Source: Clostridia bacterium (GTDB lineage: Bacteria > Bacillota > Clostridia > Oscillospirales > CAG-272). Taken from it: DNA of 64,000 nucleotides. Position 1 is the stretch's first letter; every line of letters begins with the position of its first letter. Under the pieces are notes generated by a model, which saw only the letters and a program-made list of their open reading frames with translations, had not been told where the DNA came from and ran no database searches. Below are positions 51,888-60,538 of this stretch, one piece after another. Location of the stretch: assembly GCA_017463485.1 (NCBI GenBank), contig JAFTPD010000002.1:505-64504 (forward strand), in the 5' to 3' direction. Made by a program: the position numbers and the translations under genes.

Positions 51888-53411
51888 ATGAACAATAAGG
51901 AAAACAGACAGGAAGTTGATGTTGGCTTTCTTGCCAAGATATTGAAGGCGAATATCGTTCTTATTTTGGTAGTGGCTGTGATCTGCGCAGCAGGACTTGG
52001 TGCGTTCAGGCACTTTAATACCGTGCCTACCTATACGTCGTCGGTGTCCTTTTTCGTAAACGGTCTGTCCATGAATACGGACGGAACGCAGTTTGTAAAT
52101 CCCGGTAATACCTCGGGCGCGACTACGCTTGCAGAGTCCTTCGAGATAGTTATAACGTCACGCTCTGTGGTAAATAAGGCTCTGGAAGTGCTTCCCGCAG
52201 GAACTAAGTACGACGGTATTACCGTTGACAGCGCACGCAAGCTTATGAGCGCACAACTTGACGTTCAGATCTTGACTGTAAGCGTAACTCATTCCGATCC
52301 CGACGTAGCGTATGAGCTGGCTCATGCTATGGAAAAGGCAGCTCCCCGAGCGCTTGATTCTTACGTAGGACTTTCGGAGGATGCTGACAATACCATAAGT
52401 GTGGTAAAGGTCGTCGAGAACGCCGTCAAGGATACTACTCCCAGCGGCAAGAACACAGTGACCTTTGCGCTTATCGGGTTTATTCTCGGCGCGGCGCTGG
52501 TATATGTTATCGCATTCCTGAAGGCTTTCTTTGACAGAACGATATATACCGAGGAAGAGGTCAAGGATCACTTTGAAATGCCCGTTGTAGGTCAGATACC
52601 CTCGTGGAATCCCGATGGCAAGGTTGTCACCAAAAAGGATCTTAAAAAGGCAAAAGCAGACGTCCTCCGCGACTATACGGGCAGAATGCTGTCGCCGCAG
52701 ACACCTTTTGCGGTGTCCGAGGCGTTCAAGCTTCTCCGTACCAATATGTGCTATACCGCTAACAACGGTGGATCTTGCGCAGTATACGGAATCGTATCCT
52801 CCAACGCGGGCGAAGGAAAGTCCGTGGTTGCGGCGAATACAGCTATTTCATTTGCACAGATGGGCAAGAAGGTATTGCTCGTGGATGCGGACCTTCGCGC
52901 ACCCGTTCAGCGCAAAATATTCAATCTCGACGCAAAGGCTCCCGGACTTTCGGACTATCTTGCAGGTATGGAGAATGACGTGATGATTTCCATCTCGGGA
53001 GTTGAAAACCTTTCGGTTATAACGAGTGGTAGAATTCCGCCCAACCCCGCAGAGCTTTTGGCATCTCCCCGTATGACTCAGCTTGTAGAGAACGCAAAGC
53101 AGAATTACGATATCGTTATTATCGACCTGCCTCCCGTATGTGAGGTTGCTGATGCGGGCGTTATTAGCGGCGTGGTCGACCATTACCTCATGGTAGTGCG
53201 TTCTACGCAGTCGGATATTGGCATGGTTTCCTCTGCGCTCAATATGCTTGCAGGCTTTGACGCATCTGTTGCAGGCTTTGTAATCAACGATCTTAACCTT
53301 AAAGTAAGCGGCTATCGCAAAAAGTCCAAGTACGGTAAGTCTTACAGATACGGCTACGCTTACGGCTACGGTGCGACGAGAGTCAACAGACAAGACGACT
53401 CTCAATCCTAA
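51888..53411 (+). CDS. fused polysaccharide co-polymerase (Wzz/CpsC-like) and bacterial tyrosine autokinase (CpsD/CapB-like)
   Basis: 507 aa. The N-terminal Wzz-type domain has two TM segments (IVLILVVAVICAAGLGAF and FALIGFILGAALVYVIAFL). The kinase domain has Walker A SSNAGEGKS, A' VLLVDADLR and B IVIIDLPP. The C-terminal Tyr cluster is KYGKSYRYGYAYGYG. Confidence 0.85.
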   Translation: MNNKENRQEVDVGFLAKILKANIVLILVVAVICAAGLGAFRHFNTVPTYTSSVSFFVNGLSMNTDGTQFVNPGNTSGATTLAESFEIVITSRSVVNKALEVLPAGTKYDGITVDSARKLMSAQLDVQILTVSVTHSDPDVAYELAHAMEKAAPRALDSYVGLSEDADNTISVVKVVENAVKDTTPSGKNTVTFALIGFILGAALVYVIAFLKAFFDRTIYTEEEVKDHFEMPVVGQIPSWNPDGKVVTKKDLKKAKADVLRDYTGRMLSPQTPFAVSEAFKLLRTNMCYTANNGGSCAVYGIVSSNAGEGKSVVAANTAISFAQMGKKVLLVDADLRAPVQRKIFNLDAKAPGLSDYLAGMENDVMISISGVENLSVITSGRIPPNPAELLASPRMTQLVENAKQNYDIVIIDLPPVCEVADAGVISGVVDHYLMVVRSTQSDIGMVSSALNMLAGFDASVAGFVINDLNLKVSGYRKKSKYGKSYRYGYAYGYGATRVNRQDDSQS

Positions 53412-53437
53412 TCAGACGAGCGAGAGGTGAAGTGAAA

Positions 53438-54169
53438 ATGACTCTTGAAAAAAGAACTGACGCCGTGGCGACGGGCTTTGAGAGAATTGATTTTCACGCT
53501 CATATCATCCCACGGCTCGACCATGGCTCAAATGATTTTAGCCAAGGAAAAAAACAGCTTGCAAGACTTTACAGTGCAGGTGTCGATACGGTATGTGCCA
53601 CATCGCATTTTTATCCCAACGCCGATATTGCAAGCGACTTTCTCGCCAAAAGACAGGAATCTTTTGAGAAGCTGATATGCGAAATGGGGGACACCCCCCG
53701 CCCACGTATCATTCTCGGCGCCGAGGTGCTGATATGCGAGGGACTGGAAAACATGGATGAGCTTAGCTCCTTGTGTTTTGAAGGCACGAATCTGCTACTG
53801 CTTGAGCTTCCGCTTGGAATTTCAAGCGTGAGCGAGGCTATGTATGAAACGGTTTTGGCTATACGCGACAAGGGGATAACTCTCGTGCTTGCTCATGTCG
53901 ACAGATATCCGCCCGAGCTTATCACAGCTTTCCTCGACGCAGGTATATCCGCTCAGATAAACGCAACCTCAATGTTCGGTCTGTTCCGACCCAAGCATAT
54001 TGACGCATGGATCGAGGACGGACGTGTGGTCGCTCTCGGCAGTGACTATCATTTCGGCGCAGATAAAGGCGTTGAGTGCTTTGAAAAGCTGTGCGAGAAG
54101 CGCGCGGACCTGGCGGCAGATATATTCCGTAGGACTCGTGAATTGCTGGGTGACGCCGTCAGGCGTTAA
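53438..54169 (+). CDS. PHP-family protein-tyrosine phosphatase (CpsB/YwqE-like)
   Basis: IDFHAHIIPRLDHGS, CATSHFYP and LAHVDRY motifs. The ATG at 53438 is 8 nt after GAGAGGTG. Confidence 0.82.
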   Translation: MTLEKRTDAVATGFERIDFHAHIIPRLDHGSNDFSQGKKQLARLYSAGVDTVCATSHFYPNADIASDFLAKRQESFEKLICEMGDTPRPRIILGAEVLICEGLENMDELSSLCFEGTNLLLLELPLGISSVSEAMYETVLAIRDKGITLVLAHVDRYPPELITAFLDAGISAQINATSMFGLFRPKHIDAWIEDGRVVALGSDYHFGADKGVECFEKLCEKRADLAADIFRRTRELLGDAVRR

Positions 54170-54183
54170 ATTAAACATTTCAG

Positions 54184-54217
54184 AGAGAGTGTCGTATTTT
54201 TCGGCACTCTCTTTTTG
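54184..54217 (+). terminator. intrinsic terminator after the phosphatase gene
   Basis: AGAGAGTGTCG-loop-CGGCACTCTCT followed by TTTTG. Confidence 0.7.
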
Positions 54218-54271
54218 TATCGAAAGATAGCCTCCAATTCGTAAAAAATCTTAAATATTTACCGATATTTC

Positions 54272-54300
54272 TTGCAATTTTCGCACTTTTCTGTTATACT
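54272..54300 (+). promoter_or_regulatory. sigma-A promoter of the 281-aa membrane protein gene
   Basis: TTGCAA(54272-54277)-17 nt-TATACT(54295-54300) with TGt extended -10. Confidence 0.55.
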
Positions 54301-54338
54301 GTATATGTATAGAAATTTTTGCCCGAAAGGATACGCTT

Positions 54339-55184
54339 ATGCCCGCTTTATTGAATGATACCTCCGCAGAAAAAGTGATGCGCAGATATACTAAAATTGC
54401 GTTTTTTGTGACACTTGTCTGCTTTACTCTGTATTCCTGCGTGATCGTGCCTCTTTATACTCAGATCCACGCTGATATTATGTATAGCGGGGGAATACTG
54501 GATACCGCGCTGTATATTCTGTATAACGCTATAGATCTTATCGTAATGTTCACCGTTTTCCCCGTAACTATCTTTTCGGTGTATTCGCGTGGCGGCAAGG
54601 CAAGCGCAAAGCTTTTTGCAATGTATCCCGTGCTTGTAATATATAAGTACATTCTCAATACCGTGGCGAGCTATATCGCTGACGGAGCGCTTCCCGAATT
54701 CGGCAAGTTTTTGAGCGCAGATCTGCCCCTGATATCAATGCTCGTGCTGGTCGAGGTAGTGCAGTACGCTCTTGTGTGCCTGTTTACCTGCATCATCATT
54801 ACCCGCGCGCGCCGTGTCTTTGATTTCAAGCAGAAGGCGGCAAGCCTAAGCGGCAGACAGTATTCCTTCCGCGACGGCATTTTCCCGATAAAGAAAATTT
54901 TCAATTTCAAAAATCCCGTTCAACGCACCGCCTTCGTAACTGCCGTGATCTTCTTTGCGGTAAGGGCGCTATCAAATCTGACTTATCAGTTCACACTGCT
55001 CGTATATAACGGATTTAACGACGGCTGGTTCGTGCTTGTTACCGACCTGCTCATAGACGTTGGACTCTCGGCTGTTTGCTATCTCGTGTGCCTTATGGTG
55101 CTTCAGAAAATGGATATCTCACAGCTCGAAATTGCCGCTGAGGACGTACAGACCGAGCCGCGCGGCGAGGGGATAGATATCTGA
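54339..55184 (+). CDS. hypothetical integral membrane protein
   Basis: 281 aa with about 6 hydrophobic segments. RBS GAAAGGA. Its stop overlaps the start of the next gene (TGATG). I recognise no motif. Confidence 0.55.
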   Translation: MPALLNDTSAEKVMRRYTKIAFFVTLVCFTLYSCVIVPLYTQIHADIMYSGGILDTALYILYNAIDLIVMFTVFPVTIFSVYSRGGKASAKLFAMYPVLVIYKYILNTVASYIADGALPEFGKFLSADLPLISMLVLVEVVQYALVCLFTCIIITRARRVFDFKQKAASLSGRQYSFRDGIFPIKKIFNFKNPVQRTAFVTAVIFFAVRALSNLTYQFTLLVYNGFNDGWFVLVTDLLIDVGLSAVCYLVCLMVLQKMDISQLEIAAEDVQTEPRGEGIDI

Positions 55185-55906
55185 TGGCAGACTCTATGCG
55201 ACTTGATAAATACATGAGCCTTGCGGGGGTGCTTTCCCGAAGCGATACGGCACGTGCCGTAAGGGCAGGGGATATACTGATCAACGGTGTAGTACCAAAG
55301 CGTGCCGACGAGCGGCTGGATGCTGACACTGACACAGTCACTTACCGCGGTGAGCGGGTGGTCTACCGAGAGTTTACCTACGTTTTGCTGAATAAGCCGC
55401 AGGGCTACGTCAGCGCGACGGAGGACGGCTCGCAGATGACTGTGCTTGAACTGTTGCCCGAGGAGCTTCAGCGTGTCCGCCCACAGCTTTTTCCGTGCGG
55501 ACGGTTGGACAAAAATACCACGGGGCTTATGATACTTACAAACGACGGTCAGCTTTCGCACAAGCTGCTTTCTCCCAAAAGGCATGTGGATAAAACCTAC
55601 CGCTTTGCGGTCAAATTTCCGCTGTCCGACGCTGATGTGACACAGCTTGAGAGCGGCGTGGATATCGGCGGTTACGTCACAGCACCCTGTAATGTCACGC
55701 TCTCGGACGACAAAAACGGCGAGATAACTATTCACGAGGGCAAATATCATCAGATAAAGCTGATGATGGAGGCAGTGCATAACCAAATAGTAGAGCTTGA
55801 AAGAATAAGCTTTGGCAAGATAACTCTGCCTGACGACTTGCCTTGCGGTCAATGTCGCCTGATGTCGGACGGGGAGATAAAGGCTCTTTGCGAGTCGGTA
55901 AACTAA
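55184..55906 (+). CDS. rsuA: pseudouridine synthase, RsuA/RluB family (S4 domain plus catalytic GRLDKNTTG)
   Basis: 240 aa. S4 domain MRLDKYMSLAGVLSRSDTARAVRAGDILING. The catalytic Asp lies in PCGRLDKNTTGLMILTNDG. KYHQIK is also present. Confidence 0.85.
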   Translation: MADSMRLDKYMSLAGVLSRSDTARAVRAGDILINGVVPKRADERLDADTDTVTYRGERVVYREFTYVLLNKPQGYVSATEDGSQMTVLELLPEELQRVRPQLFPCGRLDKNTTGLMILTNDGQLSHKLLSPKRHVDKTYRFAVKFPLSDADVTQLESGVDIGGYVTAPCNVTLSDDKNGEITIHEGKYHQIKLMMEAVHNQIVELERISFGKITLPDDLPCGQCRLMSDGEIKALCESVN

Positions 55907-55961
55907 GTAAAAAATTAACTAATATAAAGGACTTTCCCGTCGGGAAAGTGAGGTACTGAAA

Positions 55962-58109
55962 ATGAACATTATTGAAACTCTTGCAAAAGAACTCGGACTG
56001 AACGTCCCCCAGGTAGAGCGCACCGTTGCTCTTATTGACGAAGGGAACACCATACCCTTTATCGCCCGTTACCGCAAGGAGGTCACGGGATCGCTTGACG
56101 ATAACGTATTGCGTGACCTTGACGAGCGACTCAAGGCGCTCCGTAATCTTGAAAAGCGCCGCGAGGAGGTAAAGGCTCTTATCGACGCGCAGGGTAAGTT
56201 GACGGACGAGCTTGTCGCCGCTATTGATAACGCAAATACCGTGACGGAGGTTGACGATATTTACCGTCCCTACCGTCCTCACCGCAAGACCCGTGCATCT
56301 GTCGCAAGAGAAAAGGGACTTGAGGATCTGGCAATGCTTATCCTTTCTCAGCTTCCCGAATATACCCCCTCCATTGAGGAGCAGGCGGAGGCGTTTGTAA
56401 ACGAGGAGAAGGGAGTTGCGTCGGTAGAGGAGGCGCTTGCGGGTGCGTCCGACATTATCGCCGAGGAGGTGTCGGATAACGCCGAATACCGCAAAAAGCT
56501 GCGCGCGCTGTCCTTTGAGTACGGCTCGCTCGCTACCAAGGCAGCAAAGGAGCAGGACTCCGTGTACTCCATGTATTACGACTATACCGAGGCTATAAAG
56601 AAGATCCCCGGACACCGAATTCTTGCCATCAACCGCGGCGAGAAGGAGGAATTCTTGAAGGTCACGCTGAGTATTCCGCTTGAGATAGTGATAAACTATC
56701 TGTATAACGAGGTCATCACGCTGTCCTCGTCCCCCGCGCGCAAGTACGTCAGCGCGGCTATCGACGACAGCTATAACCGCCTTATCGCACCATCTATCGA
56801 GCGCGAGATACGAAACGATTTGTTTGATACCGCCTGCGACGGTGCAATCAAGGTGTTCTCGGACAACCTCGGACACCTTCTGCTCCAGCCTCCGCTCAAG
56901 GGCAAGACGGTGCTTGGATTTGACCCCGGTTACGCTCACGGCTGTAAGCTCGCAGTTGTTGACAGAACGGGAAAGGTGCTTGATACGGCAGTAATATTCC
57001 CGACTCAAAAGAACAGAATGGAGGATGCCGCAAGAGTTGTTAAAAGACTTATCCGCGTCTACAAGGTCGACGTTGTGGCTATCGGAAACGGCACGGCATC
57101 CAAGGAAAGCGAGATATTTATCGCAAATATTCTCAAAGAGATCCCTGAAAATTGCCGATATATCATAGTCAACGAGGCGGGTGCTTCTATCTACTCCGCG
57201 TCGGCTCTGGCGGCAGAGGAATTCCCCGAGTTTGACGTTATGCAGCGCTCTGCTGTGTCTATTGCAAGACGACTTCAAGACCCGCTTGCCGAGCTTGTCA
57301 AGATTGATCCCAAGGGAATAGGTGTCGGTCAGTATCAGCACGATATGAAGCAGGCTGTGCTTGACGGCGCACTCGGCGCTGTGGTCGAGGATTGCGTTAA
57401 CGCCGTCGGTGTTGATGTAAATACCGCGTCTTACTCGCTGCTCGCGTACATTTCGGGTATCAATACCGCAAGCGCAAAGAATATCGTAAAATACCGCGAG
57501 GAGAACGGCGAATTTACCTCCCGTGCTCAGCTTACCAAAGTGCCGCGTATAGGTGCAAAGGCTTACGAGCAGTGCGCAGGCTTCCTCCGAATCCCTGGCG
57601 GTAAGGAGATACTTGACAACACGGGCATTCACCCCGAGTCATACGCAAGCACCCGCGCTCTCCTTAAAATGTTTGACCTCACCGAGGAGAGCATCGGCAC
57701 GTCCGAGATAGCATCTCTCCGCTCCAAGGTGGCAAAGAAGGGAGCGGCGGCTGTATGCTCCGAGCTTGGAATCGGCGAGCCTACTCTTATGGATATTATC
57801 GCCGAGCTTGAAAAGCCGGGACGTGATATCCGCGATACTTTCCCCGCGCCCATTCTCCGTGATGACGTTATGTCGCTTGAGGATCTGAAGCCGGATATGC
57901 TGCTTGACGGTACGGTACGAAACGTTACCGATTTCGGCGCATTCGTGGATATCGGCGTGCATCAGGACGGACTCGTTCACATTTCACAGATGTGTGACAG
58001 ATACATCAAGCACCCCTCGGAGGCTGTCTCCCTCGGCGACCACGTCAAGGTCAAGGTGCTGTCCGTTGACGTTGCCAAGAAGCGTATATCGCTTACAATG
58101 AAGCTGTAA
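55962..58109 (+). CDS. tex: Tex-like transcription accessory protein (YqgF/HhH/S1 domains)
   Basis: 715 aa: TIPFIARYRKE, YqgF-like LGFDPGYAHGCKLAVVD, HhH region, and C-terminal S1 domain DGTVRNVTDFGAFVDIGVHQDGLVHISQM...KVKVLSVD. Confidence 0.92.
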   Translation: MNIIETLAKELGLNVPQVERTVALIDEGNTIPFIARYRKEVTGSLDDNVLRDLDERLKALRNLEKRREEVKALIDAQGKLTDELVAAIDNANTVTEVDDIYRPYRPHRKTRASVAREKGLEDLAMLILSQLPEYTPSIEEQAEAFVNEEKGVASVEEALAGASDIIAEEVSDNAEYRKKLRALSFEYGSLATKAAKEQDSVYSMYYDYTEAIKKIPGHRILAINRGEKEEFLKVTLSIPLEIVINYLYNEVITLSSSPARKYVSAAIDDSYNRLIAPSIEREIRNDLFDTACDGAIKVFSDNLGHLLLQPPLKGKTVLGFDPGYAHGCKLAVVDRTGKVLDTAVIFPTQKNRMEDAARVVKRLIRVYKVDVVAIGNGTASKESEIFIANILKEIPENCRYIIVNEAGASIYSASALAAEEFPEFDVMQRSAVSIARRLQDPLAELVKIDPKGIGVGQYQHDMKQAVLDGALGAVVEDCVNAVGVDVNTASYSLLAYISGINTASAKNIVKYREENGEFTSRAQLTKVPRIGAKAYEQCAGFLRIPGGKEILDNTGIHPESYASTRALLKMFDLTEESIGTSEIASLRSKVAKKGAAAVCSELGIGEPTLMDIIAELEKPGRDIRDTFPAPILRDDVMSLEDLKPDMLLDGTVRNVTDFGAFVDIGVHQDGLVHISQMCDRYIKHPSEAVSLGDHVKVKVLSVDVAKKRISLTMKL

Positions 58110-58131
58110 TTTATAAATAAAGGAGAACGCT

Positions 58132-59754
58132 ATGAGTAAAAAAGTAAAGGTTATTCTGTCACTCGTGATCTCAACGCTGATACTTGGCGTTGCGTATTAC
58201 GTAGCATTGCCTCCGCTCAATGCGTACAGCGTTGAATTCTGGATATCGCTGATATTCGCTATCGCCGTTTACGGAATCCCGCTGACCGTCATATTGGGCT
58301 CGTCCACCGTGAAGCGCGGACATTTTGAGCTGAAATTCCACCCCGTTATGTGGGTATTGCTGGCGATCCCCGCCGTGGTGATCGTGATAGGCTCTATATT
58401 TTCCTCAACCTTCTTCAACGCGCAGAAATACGCATCGATCGCACAGGTCGAGGAGGCGGTATTTTCCGAGGATATGCCCGAGGTGGATACCGTTACCAAT
58501 ATCTCGCTGATGGATACCACCTCCGCGCAGGTGTTTGGTGAGAGAAAACTGGGTGAGTTGTCTGATGTGGTGTCGCAGTATCAGCTCAGCTACGACTACA
58601 ATCAGATAAATTTCAAGCGCACCCCGAAGAAGATCTCCAATCTTGAATACGCAGACTTTTTCAAGTGGCTCGGCAACCGTGAAAACGGAATACCCGGCTA
58701 TGTTATGGTCGACCCCGTAAGCACGTCCGCGGATTATATCCAGCTTGATAAGCCGCTCAAGTACGTCGACAGCGGATATCTTGGCGACGACCTTATGCGC
58801 AAGCTGAGATTTTCTTATCCTACAAAGATATTTGACACTGTGAACTTTGAGGTGGACGACGAGGGTAATCCTTATTTTATCGTTTCCTGCCTCGCTCCCC
58901 GCGTGTTTATGTTCGGCGGAATGGATGTCCATGAGGTGATAGTTTTCAATCCCTGCGACGGTACGTCAACGCTTTACGACGTTGGTGACGCTCCTGCCTG
59001 GATAGATAACGTATTCTCAGGCTACCTTGCCTGCGAAAAGTACGACTGGAAGGGAACACTTTCGGGAGGATTTTGGAACTCCGTTATCGGAAATAAGGAC
59101 TGCAAGATCACCACGGACGATTTTGGATATATCGTGCTTGAGGACGACGTCTGGTACTTCACGGGCGTTACCTCGGTTACGAGCGACGAGTCCAATATCG
59201 GATTTATCATCAGCAACGCGCGCACGGGAGAGTATAAATACTACACCGTAGCGGGCGCTGAGGAATATTCCGCTATGGGTGCGGCTCAGGGTGAAGTGCA
59301 GGAGAAGGGATATACGGCGTCCTTCCCGTCTCTTATCAACGTGTCGGGTAAGGCAACGTATATCATGATGCTCAAGGATGCAAACGATATCCCGAAGCTG
59401 TACGCGCTGGTAAACGTTGAAAACTACACTATCGTGGCAACAGGCGAAACTCAGACGGAGGCAAAGCGGGCATACGTCAAGCTCTTGGAAGAGAAGGGCG
59501 TTATCAGTGAGGAGGAAACCCCCGAGGATCAAATAAAGAACGCATCTGTCTTGGTTGAGGACGTGCGGCTCGCGGTGATAGGCGGCGAGACTGTGGTCTA
59601 TATCACAGACGAGAACGGTGCGGTCTACAAGGGCTACCTTGAAAAGGACGAGAGTCTTATTCTTATCCGCAAGGGTGATATTATCGACATCAAGTATATT
59701 GAAGCCGAGGGCGCTATTATTGAAATAGATACCTTCCTCGGAATTCAGGAATAA
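58132..59754 (+). CDS. hypothetical membrane protein with large extracytoplasmic domain
   Basis: 540 aa. Three N-terminal TM segments are followed by a ~440-aa soluble region. Strong RBS AAAGGAG. I recognise no family. Confidence 0.55.
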   Translation: MSKKVKVILSLVISTLILGVAYYVALPPLNAYSVEFWISLIFAIAVYGIPLTVILGSSTVKRGHFELKFHPVMWVLLAIPAVVIVIGSIFSSTFFNAQKYASIAQVEEAVFSEDMPEVDTVTNISLMDTTSAQVFGERKLGELSDVVSQYQLSYDYNQINFKRTPKKISNLEYADFFKWLGNRENGIPGYVMVDPVSTSADYIQLDKPLKYVDSGYLGDDLMRKLRFSYPTKIFDTVNFEVDDEGNPYFIVSCLAPRVFMFGGMDVHEVIVFNPCDGTSTLYDVGDAPAWIDNVFSGYLACEKYDWKGTLSGGFWNSVIGNKDCKITTDDFGYIVLEDDVWYFTGVTSVTSDESNIGFIISNARTGEYKYYTVAGAEEYSAMGAAQGEVQEKGYTASFPSLINVSGKATYIMMLKDANDIPKLYALVNVENYTIVATGETQTEAKRAYVKLLEEKGVISEEETPEDQIKNASVLVEDVRLAVIGGETVVYITDENGAVYKGYLEKDESLILIRKGDIIDIKYIEAEGAIIEIDTFLGIQE

Positions 59755-59760
59755 ATGTGA

Positions 59761-59790
59761 GAGGCTGAGCCGTTATTGCGGCTCAGCCTC
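59761..59790. terminator. bidirectional terminator-like hairpin between convergent genes
   Basis: GAGGCTGAGCCG-TTATTG-CGGCTCAGCCTC. It overlaps the stop codon of the minus-strand 45-aa ORF. Confidence 0.6.
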
Positions 59791-59910
59791 TGTCGTTTCG
59801 GGTGCTGAATGAGTGTTTATCCTGCCGTCGTCGGTACAGCATACCAATGTGGCAATATATAAAATAATGAGAAAAAACAAGAGAATATTGACAAACCTTT
59901 TGTGCTTCAT
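59773..59910 (-). CDS. small membrane or lipoprotein-like peptide (45 aa), not in ORF track
   Basis: The ATG at 59908-59910 is 7 nt after GGGGGTGA. Translation: MKHKRFVNILLFFLIILYIATLVCCTDDGRINTHSAPETTEAEPQ. It lies 66 nt downstream of, and co-oriented with, the LytTR gene. Confidence 0.45.
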   Translation of the reverse strand: MKHKRFVNILLFFLIILYIATLVCCTDDGRINTHSAPETTEAEPQ

Positions 59911-59976
59911 ACTACCGTCACCCCCGTGCGCCGTTATGGCAATATATTATATGGAGGGGGCGGCGCAAATATGTGT

Positions 59977-60531
59977 TTATTCGTAACGTATTCGCTTAAC
60001 AGCCGCACGCACCGACGCCGAATAATTTCGGGACAAGGGAAGTACAACTCCGTTTTTGAGCGTAACGGCTTTTGCGCTTATCTCGGCTATCTGACGCAGA
60101 TCTGCGGCATAAGAGCGGTGTATGCGTGCAAGCGTGCCGCCAAGCTTTTCGGAAATAGCGGCAAAGGTGGAGGCGGTAACGATCTCACGCCCGTCGGAAG
60201 TGATGAGAGTTATGTATCTGCCTGACGAGCGGGCGTAGAGGATGCCGTCGGAAGAAACACTGTGCGCATTGCCGTCGATGGAACGCAAGCTTATGTCGGC
60301 ACTCGTCACGTGGGAGTCGCTTGAAATATGCAGATACACAGGCGTATCAAGACTTTTCATATTCCACACGGCGGTGACACGTTGCTTTACGGTCAAGTGG
60401 TTAGTAACGGTTGCCGAAACCACGCTGATATTTTCGTCACTCGCTATTTCACGGCATACTACGTGTATATCCTGCCAGCCGTCAAATCGGCAGTTAAGCA
60501 GCTTTTCGGTGAGTAACAGTACGTTTGACAT
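59977..60531 (-). CDS. LytTR-family DNA-binding protein lacking a receiver domain
   Basis: 184 aa. The C-terminal LytTR domain is ILYARSSGRYITLITSDGREIVTASTFAAISEKLGGTLARIHRSYAADLRQIAEI....LKNGVVLPLSRNY. The N-terminal ~95 aa has no CheY-type acidic pocket. Confidence 0.75.
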   Translation of the reverse strand: MSNVLLLTEKLLNCRFDGWQDIHVVCREIASDENISVVSATVTNHLTVKQRVTAVWNMKSLDTPVYLHISSDSHVTSADISLRSIDGNAHSVSSDGILYARSSGRYITLITSDGREIVTASTFAAISEKLGGTLARIHRSYAADLRQIAEISAKAVTLKNGVVLPLSRNYSASVRAAVKRIRYE

Positions 60532-60538
60532 GAATTCC

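Noticed and set aside
55728-57632. A 634-aa ORF on the minus strand, antisense to tex
   Set aside because: It lies entirely within the strongly supported tex gene. It has no RBS, and its translation is Arg/Leu/Ser/Cys-rich, as expected for the reverse frame of a GC-biased coding region. It is a shadow ORF.
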